The notes: generated by a model not told the origin, from the sequence alone. A DNA stretch of 64,000 bases from Bacteroidota bacterium (GCA_040388375.1 JAZKBU010000007.1:248823-312822), one strand, 5' to 3'. Numbered from the stretch's first letter, positions 44,621 through 56,079 are shown. Numbers and translations are program-made.

Positions 44621-46033
44621 TTACCCCAATTTAGGTTCTACCAATAGAATCTCTTCTTTCTCTACAAACACCTGCCCGGGTTCGGCACCTTTGGGTTTGC
44701 GTACAAATTTTTTGGGTGTATAAATTACAGGCACCATCGCACTCCCTTTTGATTTACTGTAATAGGCTGCAATTTGTGCTGCGTAGGTAATTACATCGGT
44801 AGTAAAGGTGTTTTTGTTTTGGTGTTTAATAATTACATGGCTGCCGCTTACGCCTTTGGCATGTAGCCATAAATCGTTTTTATGCGCAATTTTCAAAGTC
44901 AGCTCATCGTTATTGGCGGCACTTTTCCCTACCAGTATTTTAAAGCCTTTATAAGTAAATACCCGATATTGCTCCCGTTGTTCCAGTTTACTTTTCTGTT
45001 TGCTAACAGGTAACTCAAATGCTTTTAAATCGCGCATGGTTTCAGCGGCTAATACAATAGCTAATTTCTCTTCGTTGGCTTGTACTTTTTCTTGTGCTTG
45101 TTTTATTTTATTGGCTAATAGCTGCTCTTCGTTTTTCTGGTTGCGGGCTTTTTTATAATAATATTGTGCATTCTCCTGCGGATTTAAATTAGCCTTCAGT
45201 TTAATTTGAATAGGTTCATTGGTGTAAAAATCCAAGGTGTTTAAATGCTCTGCTCCTTTTTGCATGGTATGCAAGTTAGCCATAATAATATGACCCAATT
45301 CTTCATTACGCGCATTGCTTTGTAAGTATTGTAACGCCTGAGTCGCATTTTGCGCAACAGGCCGCCAACGCTTCAACTCCCCTTCGCATTGTTGTTTTAG
45401 CTGATCGCGCTTTTGGGTAAAAAACCACTTGCCTAAATACTGCCTGCTAAACTCATTATAGACTTCTAAAAGGCTCTCACCAGTATACAAAACAGGCTTA
45501 TCTGTTGCCTCATTTTGTAAAACAGGAAATCCTTTTTCATCTTGTACAATATAAAAAGAGTCGGATAAAACCGGTTGGTATTCGGCATTTTCTAATGCGG
45601 TAAATTGAGCAAGAGTAGCCTGCTTATCACTTTCTATTTGCGGCCTGAACAAGTCAGTTAATTGCTCCCCATCAAAAAGCAATACATTGGCTAAAGAGCC
45701 ATACAATTTAAATACAAGGCTTTGGTTGTTTTTAAAAACAATGCGGAACGAGCGTTCATTCTCGTGTAAATAGATGCCTTCTACGGAAGCTTGCTTTAAA
45801 CTTTCAAATAAAATATAAGTGGAACCTTTGCGCTCCATCGGGTAATCATAAAACTGAACAAAAAAGGTCCGCGCTTCAATAATCAGTTTTATACTTAACC
45901 ATCGGTCTATTTGGTTAAACACCAAAACCAGCTCATTTTTATTCACACTGAAAGCATCATAAAACAAATAACCTTGCAAATGTTTTTGCAAGGTTAATCC
46001 TAATTGATGTATCAGTGGGTGTTTATGGTGCAA
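44621..46033 (-). CDS. NFACT-family (FbpA/RqcH-like) protein with a C-terminal NFACT-R (DUF814) domain
   Basis: C-terminal HAKGVSGSHVIIK motif typical of NFACT-R. The N-terminal NFACT-N and coiled-coil region are of the expected length. Confidence 0.65.
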   Translation of the reverse strand: MHHKHPLIHQLGLTLQKHLQGYLFYDAFSVNKNELVLVFNQIDRWLSIKLIIEARTFFVQFYDYPMERKGSTYILFESLKQASVEGIYLHENERSFRIVFKNNQSLVFKLYGSLANVLLFDGEQLTDLFRPQIESDKQATLAQFTALENAEYQPVLSDSFYIVQDEKGFPVLQNEATDKPVLYTGESLLEVYNEFSRQYLGKWFFTQKRDQLKQQCEGELKRWRPVAQNATQALQYLQSNARNEELGHIIMANLHTMQKGAEHLNTLDFYTNEPIQIKLKANLNPQENAQYYYKKARNQKNEEQLLANKIKQAQEKVQANEEKLAIVLAAETMRDLKAFELPVSKQKSKLEQREQYRVFTYKGFKILVGKSAANNDELTLKIAHKNDLWLHAKGVSGSHVIIKHQNKNTFTTDVITYAAQIAAYYSKSKGSAMVPVIYTPKKFVRKPKGAEPGQVFVEKEEILLVEPKLG

Positions 46034-46142
46034 TGTGATTTTGGTTTATTAGTTTATTGATTGATAAATATAATAATTTAGCATTTTGATGTTCGAGTTT
46101 CGCTATTCTAAAATCAAAAATCACACACCACACATCAAAAAT

Positions 46143-47669
46143 CTATTCCCATTCAATGGTTGCAGGTGGCTTACTGCTAATATCGTATACTACGCGGTTA
46201 ATGCCTTTTACTTCGTTGATAATACGATTTGATACATGGGCTAAAAACTCATGTGGCAAATGGCAAAAATCGGCTGTCATTCCATCAACTGAAGTAACGG
46301 CTCTTAAGCAAACTGCATTTTCGTAAGTACGCTCATCGCCCATTACGCCTACTGATTGGACAGGTAGGAATATAACGCCCGCTTGCCATACGTTTTTGTA
46401 TTGGTCTTTACTTTTCAGTTCACTAATAAATATATGGTCAGCGTCTTGTAATATGGCTACTTTTTCAGGAGTAATATCGCCCAATATTCTAATGGCTAAA
46501 CCGGGTCCCGGGAAAGGATGACGGTTCAATATAATATCGGCTATACCTAGCTCCTTGCCTACCTTTCTTACTTCATCTTTAAATAAAGTACGCAAAGGCT
46601 CTATTACTTTCAGGTTCATTTTTTCAGGCAGTCCACCCACATTGTGGTGCGACTTAATAGTAGCTGAAGGGCCTTTAACGCTTACACTTTCTATTACATC
46701 GGGATAAATAGTACCTTGTGCTAACCATCTTACACCCTCTATTTTCTTCGCTTCGTCATCAAATACTTCTATAAAAACACGACCAATGGTTTTGCGTTTT
46801 TGTTCCGGGTCTGATACGCCTTTTAATTCGCTTAAGAAACGCTCTCCGGCATCAACGCCAATTACGTTTAAGCCCATGCCTTTGTAAGCTTCTAATACTT
46901 GCTCGTATTCGCCTTTACGTAATAGACCGTTGTTTATAAATATACCAGTTAAATTATCGCCAATGGTATGTTTAAGCAATATGGCTGCCACACTGCTATC
47001 TACTCCACCGCTTAAGCCTAATATTACTTTATCGTCACCAATTTTGGCTTTCATTTCAGCAGTAATATTGCCAATAAAATGGGTTGGTGTCCAGTCTTGG
47101 TTTAGTTTGGCTACATGTTTTACAAAATTCTCCAACATCATCAAACCATCGGTACTATGTGTAACCTCCGGGTGAAATTGGAATGCATAAGTAGGCTCAC
47201 CTTCTATTTTAAAAGCGGCTACTTTTACCGCATCGGTACTGGCAATTATTTTAAAATTATCCGGAATACTTTGTATCGTATCGCCATGGCTCATCCATAC
47301 TTGTGTATTTTCCTTGATGCCCGTAAACAATACATCATCTGAAAGATAATTTAAATTGGTACGGCCGTATTCCCTGATTTTTGATGGAACTACAAAACCT
47401 CCATTTTGTTGAGCCATTAACTGTGCGCCATAGCATAAACCCAATATAGGTAGTTTACCACGCCAGGCACTCATATCAATATTCGGCAGCAAGCCATCGT
47501 TTACCGAATAAGGGCTTCCGCTCAGAATAATGGCTTTGGTAGCCTCGTCAATAACTGGTAAATGGGTGCAAGGATGTATTTCGGAATACACATTTAACTC
47601 GCGCAACCTACGAGCAATTAGCTGTGTGTACTGACTCCCAAAATCGATTATTAATATTTTTTGTTCCAT
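46143..47669 (-). CDS. guaA: GMP synthase (glutamine-hydrolysing)
   Basis: Class I glutamine amidotransferase domain ([13 protein letters not shown]), an ATP pyrophosphatase SGGVDSSV motif, and a conserved C-terminal dimerisation domain. Confidence 0.95.
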   Translation of the reverse strand: MEQKILIIDFGSQYTQLIARRLRELNVYSEIHPCTHLPVIDEATKAIILSGSPYSVNDGLLPNIDMSAWRGKLPILGLCYGAQLMAQQNGGFVVPSKIREYGRTNLNYLSDDVLFTGIKENTQVWMSHGDTIQSIPDNFKIIASTDAVKVAAFKIEGEPTYAFQFHPEVTHSTDGLMMLENFVKHVAKLNQDWTPTHFIGNITAEMKAKIGDDKVILGLSGGVDSSVAAILLKHTIGDNLTGIFINNGLLRKGEYEQVLEAYKGMGLNVIGVDAGERFLSELKGVSDPEQKRKTIGRVFIEVFDDEAKKIEGVRWLAQGTIYPDVIESVSVKGPSATIKSHHNVGGLPEKMNLKVIEPLRTLFKDEVRKVGKELGIADIILNRHPFPGPGLAIRILGDITPEKVAILQDADHIFISELKSKDQYKNVWQAGVIFLPVQSVGVMGDERTYENAVCLRAVTSVDGMTADFCHLPHEFLAHVSNRIINEVKGINRVVYDISSKPPATIEWE

Positions 47670-47813
47670 GATTTTGGGGCACGAAGATGCTATTATTATT
47701 TGAGAATTGAAAAAGAAATTATAGGAAATAAAAGGAGGTGTATTGATTGAGGAAATACAATGATATTGACGGTTGTAAGTTACTTAATAATTGAGTTTAA
47801 TTGGAAAATAGTA

Positions 47814-49121
47814 TTAAGTTAGAATATCTAAAACCTCATTCATTTTATATAAATGTGGCAAATTCTGTGATTTTATTCTAAACTGACTGCGTTTTTTTAT
47901 TTTAGGCTTTGTTGAGGCATTTTCCATTTTTATTCCTGGATCATAATAAATATTTCCATTTGCCATTTGTCCAAGGAACAATTGAAAATCTGTCCCCGCT
48001 CCTAAAATAATATTATTACCATATTTATATTTTCTTTCATTGGTTGTTTGAGAGAGTGAAGGCACATAACAAGCCTGATTGTGTTTTCTATTCCAATGTA
48101 AAAGCATAGATGCAAAACTCCAAGAAGCAGTTTCATTTCCATTAATGTCCACAAGTGAAATTCGCCCATTAGTATTTCTTATTTTCCCACTTTCAGCATC
48201 AAAACCAATTAACTGCATTTCTAAATTTGTCATAGGATGCCTTACACCCGATTTATGGACACCTCCAAAATTTATTCTATCTTCTTTTCCCATTTTGTCG
48301 GCATAACCATACTTTCTTAGAAAAGCTTCAGCACCTTCATTTTTATATATTCCATCAGTTGGTTCAGGTGTCATTAAAGTTATAATTGCAGAGTTAACTC
48401 TAGCAAAATTTGTAACTCCAAACTGTTTAATTTCCCATCCTAAAAAATCAGGTTCAGAGTAGCCATTCGGGGTTATTCCTAATTCCGCTTCAAGCGTATA
48501 TCCCCCACAATTGGGAGCTTCACAGGCCACCAAATTACCAAGCCTATCTAGCCTTTTTGATTGTATCCAACCTAATTGATGAATACGAAGTAATTCATTA
48601 ATTAATTTTACTTTATTATTTGCCACTTGCGGCAATTCGATAACTTTAAAAACACCATGTTCTGATACATCTTCTTGATTAATAAACTCATTTGCAAGTT
48701 CTGAGTCTGGAGCAGTGACATAGCCTAAAACAGAACCATTCTTTGCAACTGAAAAGAATAAAAGCCTGTCAGCTAGTCGTTGCGTCATTAATTCTGATGG
48801 GGGATTTTGGCATTTCGCTAAAAATCCTGAAAACCTTACCTCTGGATACTTAGGGTATAATATAAGTTGTGCATTTGGGGCTGGAAACAAATTTCCGTTT
48901 TCCGCAATCCAAGAAAAATTTATAGCTGCTTTAAAACGTTCTTTATTCCAATCTCCAGCTTCTTCATTTTTAATTTCAGAAATCGGAAGAATATTTAAAA
49001 TCTCGAAGCTACCACCAAAGTAAACTTGATTTTTCGAGTTATCATTTGGTGAAAGTTTTTTAATATAAATTTTTGTGCAGCCGTTATCAATGAACAGCCT
49101 CTTTAGATTTTGTAAGTTCAT
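47814..49121 (-). CDS. Putative type II restriction endonuclease (cognate to the adjacent C5-methyltransferase)
   Basis: Position immediately downstream of, and overlapping, the methyltransferase in a C-M-R arrangement. A possible PD...E.K-like segment ([11 protein letters not shown]). No family assignment is possible by eye. Confidence 0.5.
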   Translation of the reverse strand: MNLQNLKRLFIDNGCTKIYIKKLSPNDNSKNQVYFGGSFEILNILPISEIKNEEAGDWNKERFKAAINFSWIAENGNLFPAPNAQLILYPKYPEVRFSGFLAKCQNPPSELMTQRLADRLLFFSVAKNGSVLGYVTAPDSELANEFINQEDVSEHGVFKVIELPQVANNKVKLINELLRIHQLGWIQSKRLDRLGNLVACEAPNCGGYTLEAELGITPNGYSEPDFLGWEIKQFGVTNFARVNSAIITLMTPEPTDGIYKNEGAEAFLRKYGYADKMGKEDRINFGGVHKSGVRHPMTNLEMQLIGFDAESGKIRNTNGRISLVDINGNETASWSFASMLLHWNRKHNQACYVPSLSQTTNERKYKYGNNIILGAGTDFQLFLGQMANGNIYYDPGIKMENASTKPKIKKRSQFRIKSQNLPHLYKMNEVLDILT

Positions 49122-50319
49122 TGATTTTAGAAATTTCTTTAATAATATTCTTTCCAACAGCTTGAATCAAAGGTGTTACAACAGAGTTTCCAAATTGTTT
49201 ATATGCTTGATTGTCTGAAACAGGAATTAAAAAACTATCAGGAAACCCTTGAAGTCTTGCACATTCCCTTGGAGTTAAACGTCTTGGATTTTTTCCTTCT
49301 TGTGGTATTAATATCTCTGCGCCATCTTTATAATATCTTGCACTCATTGTTCTTGAAATTCCATCTAGGTTGGTAAGGCCAAAACCAAATCCATTACCCT
49401 TTGCTTTGTGCTTCTTTGCATACTCCTGTAAGTAATTCCATAATTTGTCGGATAAAGTATATTTAGGATCAACTTCATCTTCTAAAATGTCTCTTATAGC
49501 AAATTTTTTATCCCCTACTTTAGGAAATTCGAAAGATTCTTTTCCTTTAAAAATATTGTTATTGAAACCTACAATTATTATTCGTTCTCTATGTTGTGGG
49601 ACAAAATGTTGCCCATCCAAAACTTTAAAATGAATAGAATATCCCAACTCTTTTAAAGTCTCTTTTATAATTGTAAATGTTTTTCCTTTATCATGAGATA
49701 CAAGATTTTTTACATTTTCCAACATAAATGCTGATGGCATTTTATATTTAATAATCCTTGCAACATCAAAAAATAATGTTCCTTGAGTTTCATCTAAAAA
49801 GCCATGAGCTTTACCTAAGGCATTTTTCTTTGAAACTCCTGCTATTGAAAAGGGTTGACAAGGAAAACCACCGAGTAAAATATCATGGTCTGGAATTTCT
49901 TTTTCTGAAATTTTTGTAATATCTCCAAATGGAACTTCTCCAAAATTAGTTTCATACGTTTTTTTTGAATAAGTATCCCATTCACTTGTAAACACACATT
50001 TCCCACCAAGATTTTGAAAAGCCAATCTTATCCCACCAATTCCTGCAAATAAATCAATAAATTTAAATTTTGGTGTTGTTTGAGGAGGAAAAGGAATGTC
50101 CCATTTTATTGGTAAGTAATATTGAAAATCCGGCTCTTCAACAATATTTAATTTCTCGTGTAAGTCACTTAAATAACTTGTTGCTATTGGTTTGAAATAC
50201 TTCGAAACACCATTTTTATGATTTTGAAAATAGTGCGTAAGGTGAGCTAAGTCGTTTCCAGTTGCCTTCGTTACTTCAATTTTGAGTTTATCCTTTATGT
50301 CTGAATACTTTTTGTTCAT
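49087..50319 (-). CDS. DNA (cytosine-5)-methyltransferase
   Basis: Motif I (DLFAGIGG), motif IV catalytic PCQ ([12 protein letters not shown]), ENV motif (FMLENV). A C-terminal variable region lies before motifs IX and X. Confidence 0.9.
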   Translation of the reverse strand: MNKKYSDIKDKLKIEVTKATGNDLAHLTHYFQNHKNGVSKYFKPIATSYLSDLHEKLNIVEEPDFQYYLPIKWDIPFPPQTTPKFKFIDLFAGIGGIRLAFQNLGGKCVFTSEWDTYSKKTYETNFGEVPFGDITKISEKEIPDHDILLGGFPCQPFSIAGVSKKNALGKAHGFLDETQGTLFFDVARIIKYKMPSAFMLENVKNLVSHDKGKTFTIIKETLKELGYSIHFKVLDGQHFVPQHRERIIIVGFNNNIFKGKESFEFPKVGDKKFAIRDILEDEVDPKYTLSDKLWNYLQEYAKKHKAKGNGFGFGLTNLDGISRTMSARYYKDGAEILIPQEGKNPRRLTPRECARLQGFPDSFLIPVSDNQAYKQFGNSVVTPLIQAVGKNIIKEISKINELTKSKEAVH

Positions 50320-50538
50320 TTATTCGAAAACCTTATCATTAAAAAATGAAACAAAAGACTGATCTAAGGCAAGCAAAATTTTTTGGAGACTTGCTATGGT
50401 AATATTGCGTTTACCATTCTCCACTTCACTTATATATGTAGTATCTAAATCTGCTTTTTCTGCTAGTTTTTCCTGAGTTATATTCAGTTCTTTTCTTAAG
50501 CTTTTGAGCCTAATACCTACTTTTTCAGAAATGTCCAT
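50320..50538 (-). CDS. Controller (C) protein, XRE-family HTH
   Basis: 72 aa HTH (ITQEKLAEKADLDTTYISEVENGKRN) directly upstream of, and abutting, the methyltransferase start. Confidence 0.7.
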   Translation of the reverse strand: MDISEKVGIRLKSLRKELNITQEKLAEKADLDTTYISEVENGKRNITIASLQKILLALDQSFVSFFNDKVFE

Positions 50539-50585
50539 ATTTGCAACTTATTGGTATTTAACCGGCAAAAACATAGACTATAAGT

Positions 50586-50626
50586 GAAGTTGTGTTGAGC
50601 TATTTTGACTACATTATAAGTTTCTA
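50586..50626. promoter_or_regulatory. Candidate C-box-like operator repeats upstream of the controller-protein gene
   Basis: GACTATAAGT ... GACTAcattATAAGT direct repeats, 48-88 nt upstream of the C-protein start. Confidence 0.3.
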
Positions 50627-50818
50627 ATTATTAATTAGGAAGACTTATTTAAAAACAGCATTTGTATAAAATGTTTATATTTAGTTAGTAGTATCTTTAA
50701 TTGTCTTAGCTTCTACTAAAAGTCACTTCTTAATGGCATTTTCCATTAAAAATATCATGGCAAGAAATAATATACCTTTAGGGCAAGGGCAAAGAGGAAG
50801 TTTGGAATTACTTTTTAA

Positions 50819-52120
50819 CTAAAACAGCACAAGCGTACTATCTATTTCATCCCTCAGTTTTGGCGAAACATTTACAGCATTGGCAAATCGTTTCCATTCA
50901 CTAACAGTTTCGCTTATTTCTTTAATGGTAGCCAAGGCTTTTTTGTTGTTTATTGATTTACCAATAAGCAATAAATCATCTTGCGTAATATCTTTTCTTT
51001 TGCCATTAATACTCAGTGCATGTTGGCTCACCCATCGGTGGTCGGGTTTGTAGGCATGGCAAACATCGTAAGCCGGAGCCAACTCCCATTTACTATCCTT
51101 TTTTAGTCTGAATGAAAAATTTTTAGTATGGTCATCGCAATTTCTGGCAACTACATTAAATACCATCCGCCTGAATAATTGCTCCGCATCAGGATAGGGC
51201 AACTTCAGTTCACGCATGGTTTGAAACAGTTGCTCGTAACTAAAACTTGTTACTTCATTGTAATCAAAATGTTTGATACCACAAAAAGTTTGTATATGGT
51301 GTTTTATATCGCCACCTTCCCTGTCAAATCGTTTGGTCATAAAATGCGCCCTGCCATTTTCTTCTAACAGTTTAGAAGGCATCATGTCAATACCACAGGC
51401 TTTGGCCATATTGTAATAAGCCATCTCTACCCTGCCATAACCTTTGCTATCGCCCAACTGCACATCGCTCACACCATCCAGTTTTATTAACCAATGCTCA
51501 AATCCATTAGGCGAATTGGTTTGCCCGGATTTTACTTCACCTGTTTTTTCATTATAAGCAATGACTGCCTTTGGCCTTGCTCCGCCTGCCGATGTGCCAA
51601 TCTTTAATATTTCCATCACGGCATTTTCTTCTTCCTTTTGCAAATTGCTTACAAAGGCTTCTTTTTTCGAAAGCATTTTTTGTGCAATATCTACCAAGCT
51701 TTCTATTTCAATACCAAATGTCCGCTTATTTTCTTTAAATGTGGTGGGCTCAAACTCTAAGGCGCCCATACCTCTGGTACCAATAAAACAAAGCATTTCT
51801 ACAGGATTCATATCGTCTTGCGGACGGCCTTGCTGTGCCAGCCACATATTAATTAATTGGCTTCCGTACCTGTCAGGCAAAACATCAGCGAGTAAGCCGG
51901 GAAGCCCTTTAAAAGTATCGTAGTCTGTATTTTTACCTTTTCGTAATTCAGGGAAATTTATTTCTTTTCGGGTATCAGCAAGAGGCATTTTGAGTGGCGC
52001 TAAATCCCATCCTAATCTTTTAAACTTGGTATCATACTCAAAACCGGCAACACCGGTAGCTTCATTCCAAGCTACGGCACCAACCAGTTCTCCCCATATT
52101 TTTACAAATGCAGTATTCAT
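50819..52120 (-). CDS. hipA: HipA-family Ser/Thr kinase toxin
   Basis: HipA N-terminal domain and the catalytic motif RNCDDHTKNFSF (D-x-H-x-K-N). Confidence 0.85.
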   Translation of the reverse strand: MNTAFVKIWGELVGAVAWNEATGVAGFEYDTKFKRLGWDLAPLKMPLADTRKEINFPELRKGKNTDYDTFKGLPGLLADVLPDRYGSQLINMWLAQQGRPQDDMNPVEMLCFIGTRGMGALEFEPTTFKENKRTFGIEIESLVDIAQKMLSKKEAFVSNLQKEEENAVMEILKIGTSAGGARPKAVIAYNEKTGEVKSGQTNSPNGFEHWLIKLDGVSDVQLGDSKGYGRVEMAYYNMAKACGIDMMPSKLLEENGRAHFMTKRFDREGGDIKHHIQTFCGIKHFDYNEVTSFSYEQLFQTMRELKLPYPDAEQLFRRMVFNVVARNCDDHTKNFSFRLKKDSKWELAPAYDVCHAYKPDHRWVSQHALSINGKRKDITQDDLLLIGKSINNKKALATIKEISETVSEWKRFANAVNVSPKLRDEIDSTLVLF

Positions 52121-52122
52121 AA

Positions 52123-52470
52123 TTACCAGTCACTTTTATTATCGGTGTCCTTCTTCGTATTTCTTACTCTTTGTCTTTTATCTTGTTCCAGCTTTGCCAA
52201 CGCTAAGGGACTGGGTGTTTTATCTATTTTAAATAAATCCATAACGGACAATAGATCCAATGCCCTTAATACTTGTATAAAAGTATTTAAAGCAACAACA
52301 CCATCCCGTTCCAATAAACTGAGGGTGGAGCGACTTATACCGGCTGCACGTGCCAGCTCTTCCTGCGTTTTGTGTTGTTCTATTCTATGGTGTTTTATAT
52401 AAGCCCCAATGGTCTCAGTGAGACTTTGGTCGCTCATAGCATTCCAGTTTGTGTATGATTTATCAGTCAT
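52123..52470 (-). CDS. hipB: HipB-like XRE-family HTH antitoxin
   Basis: HTH (KTQEELARAAGISRSTLSLLERDG). Its stop lies 3 nt upstream of the hipA start. Confidence 0.7.
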   Translation of the reverse strand: MTDKSYTNWNAMSDQSLTETIGAYIKHHRIEQHKTQEELARAAGISRSTLSLLERDGVVALNTFIQVLRALDLLSVMDLFKIDKTPSPLALAKLEQDKRQRVRNTKKDTDNKSDW

Positions 52471-52693
52471 AAAGTATACTATTTAGCTATAATGCATGAT
52501 TTGCCATACAAATATGGTACTTTATTTAACAAATAAAAACAATACTATCAAATAACCACACTTTATGTATGATATATCAGTCATAAAGTATATAATTTAA
52601 CCATAACGCATGATAAGTCATACATTAAAAACTAAAAATCATCAACTAACAACTAACACCTAAAAATATCACTGAAAATATTATTTTGCGCCC

Positions 52694-53941
52694 ATGGCAA
52701 TAATAAAACCCTTTGCAGCATTGCGCCCGGCTAGAGACAAGGCCGCCCAGGTATCGGCTCCTAGTTATGACAGTAGTTTACGTGAACTTTCCACCCACGA
52801 AATTATGCGTAACCCTTATAGCTACCTGCATGTAGTAAAGCCGTATTTGCATTTTAAAGGAGAAAAGAAAAACCCTGAAAAGCATTTTCCGTTGGGTTTA
52901 GAATATCTCAATAAATTTAAAGCTGAGCAGGTCTTAATCAAAGAAAACCAACCTTGCTATTATATATATCGCTTAATAAAAGGTAGTGTGGCTTATACTA
53001 CTTTAATTGCAACGGCCTCGGTTGACGATTATAACAACAACAATATATTAAAACACGAAAACACATTAACCGAAAAGCAAAATGAGTTAGCGGAACACAT
53101 TGCTTTTTTCAGTGGCTTGGGTAATCCGGTATTACTTACTTACCCTGACAACAATACCATTGAAGAAGTAATTAATAAAGTAATTACGCACCATGCTCCT
53201 GAATATAATTTTATAAGCCAGGATCAAATAAAACACAATTTATGGCCTGTTCATCAGGTGGATGATGTAGAAGCTATTGAAACTGCTTTCGCAAGTATAG
53301 ACAAACTATATATTGCGGATGGGCATCACCGCAGTGCCGGATCTGCCGCTTATTGCGAAGCCATGCGCCAACAAGTGGGCAACTATACCGGAACAGAATT
53401 ATTTAACTTTTTTCCGGTTTGTTTAATTCCGTTTAACAAGCTGCATATTTTTGAATACCATCGTTTGGTGAAGGATGAATCAATTGTAAATGGAGAAGAC
53501 TTTTTAAATAAAGTAAGCCAATACTTTGATGTTATACCGAGTGGGCATGTGCCTGTACAACCTTTGGTAAAGCGCGAGTTTGGTATATACTTTAACAACG
53601 ATGCGTATGTGCTTACTTTAAAACCTGCTTACGAGAAAGAACTAACAGGTACTTTGGCGCAATTGGATGTTAGCATTGTAGAAGAATTTATATTGAAACG
53701 TTTGTTTGATATACACGATAGCAAAACGGATAAACGTTTGAGTTTTTTAGATGGTAGCCGTGGTTTACTTACCTTACAAAACTCAGTAGATAGTGGCGAT
53801 TTTGATTTAGCTATTACTTTATACCCAACCAGTATTGAAGAGGTAAAACAGATAGCTGATGAAAACTTGATTATGCCTCCAAAATCAACCTGGATTGAAC
53901 CCAAAATAAGAACGGGTTTAATTATTTACGAAACGGTTTAA
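52694..53941 (+). CDS. DUF1015 family protein
   Basis: Characteristic N-terminus (MAIIKPFAALRPARDKAAQVSAPSYD) and length (about 415 aa). Confidence 0.7.
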   Translation: MAIIKPFAALRPARDKAAQVSAPSYDSSLRELSTHEIMRNPYSYLHVVKPYLHFKGEKKNPEKHFPLGLEYLNKFKAEQVLIKENQPCYYIYRLIKGSVAYTTLIATASVDDYNNNNILKHENTLTEKQNELAEHIAFFSGLGNPVLLTYPDNNTIEEVINKVITHHAPEYNFISQDQIKHNLWPVHQVDDVEAIETAFASIDKLYIADGHHRSAGSAAYCEAMRQQVGNYTGTELFNFFPVCLIPFNKLHIFEYHRLVKDESIVNGEDFLNKVSQYFDVIPSGHVPVQPLVKREFGIYFNNDAYVLTLKPAYEKELTGTLAQLDVSIVEEFILKRLFDIHDSKTDKRLSFLDGSRGLLTLQNSVDSGDFDLAITLYPTSIEEVKQIADENLIMPPKSTWIEPKIRTGLIIYETV

Positions 53942-53962
53942 GGCTGTGGAGTAAATACTTTC

Positions 53963-54559
53963 TTAAAACCCGTAAGCCAAGGAAAGACCCAAACGTAAAT
54001 CAAATTCGGATACGTCTTCAAAACGGTCTTCCAATGCACCCGTTTTAAAATGTATGGGATAATAGCCAGCACCCGCAAATAGATTAAAACCGATACCCCA
54101 TTTACTTATTTTTTGGTAACCTAATTTAGCACCTCCTCCTATTTGATTATGGTATTCATCAGCTTGGCCTAGATAAATGGAATTGCTACTATTGTTGGGG
54201 TCTATTTTATAGTATACATTATTTAAATAACTTACATTTCTGTATTTTATATATGGTGCCATATAGAAACCTTGGCAAGCTTGGTTGGTATATCTTTGGG
54301 CATCAACAGTAATACCTGTCCAAGTGGCATTTTTGCTATTGAAAATGGGTTTATTTTCAAAGTAATTAAAGCTGGCAGCAATACTCCATTTGTCAAACAT
54401 GGCTCTTTCGTATGCTACATTGAAAGAGGTAAATAAAATGGGTAATAAATTCACCGATACTACTTGGCTTACCTTTTTATGTTGTGTGGATTGGGCTTTG
54501 GGTTTATCACCTAAACATAAAATAAGTATCAATACAAGGGTAATTTTAGTATACATCAT
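53963..54559 (-). CDS. Outer-membrane beta-barrel protein (DUF3575-like)
   Basis: Signal peptide, alternating beta-strand pattern, and a C-terminal aromatic residue (LAYGF). Confidence 0.5.
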   Translation of the reverse strand: MMYTKITLVLILILCLGDKPKAQSTQHKKVSQVVSVNLLPILFTSFNVAYERAMFDKWSIAASFNYFENKPIFNSKNATWTGITVDAQRYTNQACQGFYMAPYIKYRNVSYLNNVYYKIDPNNSSNSIYLGQADEYHNQIGGGAKLGYQKISKWGIGFNLFAGAGYYPIHFKTGALEDRFEDVSEFDLRLGLSLAYGF

Positions 54560-55167
54560 TATGCTTGAATAAGACGTTGATGTAACTCCACCACTTGCTG
54601 AATTAATGAATGAGCTTCATCGTTTTTTATTTCAAAATGGGCTTTGCTTAGCTTCTCTTCCTGGCTCCATTGGTTGTTCATTCGGGCTTCCACTTGCTCT
54701 TTTGTTATATTGTCGCGCTTAACCGTTCGGCTTATCCTTAGCTCCAAGGGCGCGGTTACCACTATAAATTTTTCTAAACCTTTGTAGCTATCCGTTTCAA
54801 ACATCAAGGCAGCTTCTTTTAAAATATAGGAATGGTTTTGAGTACGCTGTTCTAATACCCAATTATCAAAATCAGCAAATACTACAGGATGTACCGTTTG
54901 ATTTAACTGGGTTAATAATTCTTTATTGTTAAAGGCTAAATTGGCTATGTGAGCTCTGTTTAAATCTCCCTTAACATCATAGCTCTCTGCTCCAAACAAT
55001 TCACTTACACGACTTATAATAGCTTGGTTTGATACCATTAAGTACTTGGCTCTTTCATCAGCATTGTATACAGGTACGCCCAATTCTTTAAAAATAGTAG
55101 CCACAATGGTTTTACCACTGCCTATACTACCTGTAATTCCAATTTTTTGCATATTCAAATAAAACAA
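54559..55167 (-). CDS. coaE: Dephospho-CoA kinase
   Basis: P-loop (GITGSIGSGKT) and a conserved ADxxA region (VYNADERAKYLM). Confidence 0.85.
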   Translation of the reverse strand: MFYLNMQKIGITGSIGSGKTIVATIFKELGVPVYNADERAKYLMVSNQAIISRVSELFGAESYDVKGDLNRAHIANLAFNNKELLTQLNQTVHPVVFADFDNWVLEQRTQNHSYILKEAALMFETDSYKGLEKFIVVTAPLELRISRTVKRDNITKEQVEARMNNQWSQEEKLSKAHFEIKNDEAHSLIQQVVELHQRLIQA

Positions 55168-55200
55168 AAAAGCCAGACTTTTCAGTCTGGCTCTTATACC
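55168..55200 (-). terminator. Intrinsic terminator after yajC
   Basis: agccagact-tttc-agtctggct 9-bp stem, followed on the minus strand by tttttgtttt. Confidence 0.7.
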
Positions 55201-55214
55201 AAATAAAATAATTA

Positions 55215-55544
55215 TTATTTTTTAGCTTCTTCTTTTTTAGGAGCCGTTAAAGCAACAGTAGCTTCCATGCTTACTGCACTTTTGTTAATACGTAACTTAG
55301 TACCTTCGCTCTCAATTAAAAAACTGGTTTCAGCTACTTCAATAATTTTTGCTTGTATACCACCTAAGGTTACAATTTTATCGCCTTTACCAATTGATTC
55401 GATTAACTTTTTTTGCTCTTTTTGTTTTTTCATTTGAGGGCGAATCATAAAAAAGTAAAAAATAGCGATCATTGGAATAAAGAATAACATTTGTGTTAAT
55501 CCTCCGCCTGAAGCAGGTGCTGCTTGTAATAAAATAGTATTCAT
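55215..55544 (-). CDS. yajC: Preprotein translocase subunit YajC
   Basis: Single TM helix (MLFFIPMIAIFYFFMIRPQMKKQKE) followed by the characteristic KGDKIVTLGGIQAKI segment. Confidence 0.85.
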   Translation of the reverse strand: MNTILLQAAPASGGGLTQMLFFIPMIAIFYFFMIRPQMKKQKEQKKLIESIGKGDKIVTLGGIQAKIIEVAETSFLIESEGTKLRINKSAVSMEATVALTAPKKEEAKK

Positions 55545-55572
55545 GTTTGTGTATGTGTTTTTTATTTAATGT

Positions 55573-56037
55573 TTATTGGTTTTTAGGAGTTACATCGCCT
55601 TTAATTAATAACATGGTATTGGTAGGGCTGGTATTGGCTGTAACGGTTACTGTTTTTTCTACATGGTTTGGTTTGCCTTCGCTGTTAAAGGTTACATCTA
55701 TTTCGCTCGTCTGACCGGGCATAATAGGTTCTTTAGGCCAGTTAGGCACTGTACAGCCACAACTGGCAACAGCATTGCTGATTAACAAGGGTATTTTACC
55801 TGTATTTTTAAATTTAAATTTATAATTAACCAACTCCCCTTCTTTAATCGTACCAAAATCAAACATGTTTTGATCAAATGTAATTTCGGTTAAATTATTG
55901 TTTTGTGCATTTGGATTTTCTGCACTTGCCGGGTTATTTACAATATCTGTTTCTGCTTGTTTAGTACCTTTTTCGTTACCACAAGCTATGGCTGATAAAA
56001 TAAGCGCTGCGATGATTATTTTTTTCATTGATATCAA
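55573..56037 (-). CDS. DUF1573 domain lipoprotein
   Basis: Lipobox (LSAIACG) and DUF1573-like core (FDFGTIKEGE...KFKNTGKIPL...CGCT). Confidence 0.65.
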   Translation of the reverse strand: MISMKKIIIAALILSAIACGNEKGTKQAETDIVNNPASAENPNAQNNNLTEITFDQNMFDFGTIKEGELVNYKFKFKNTGKIPLLISNAVASCGCTVPNWPKEPIMPGQTSEIDVTFNSEGKPNHVEKTVTVTANTSPTNTMLLIKGDVTPKNQ

Positions 56038-56079
56038 TTTATTTGTGTAAATTATTGTGTTTATAAAAGGATAAAAATC

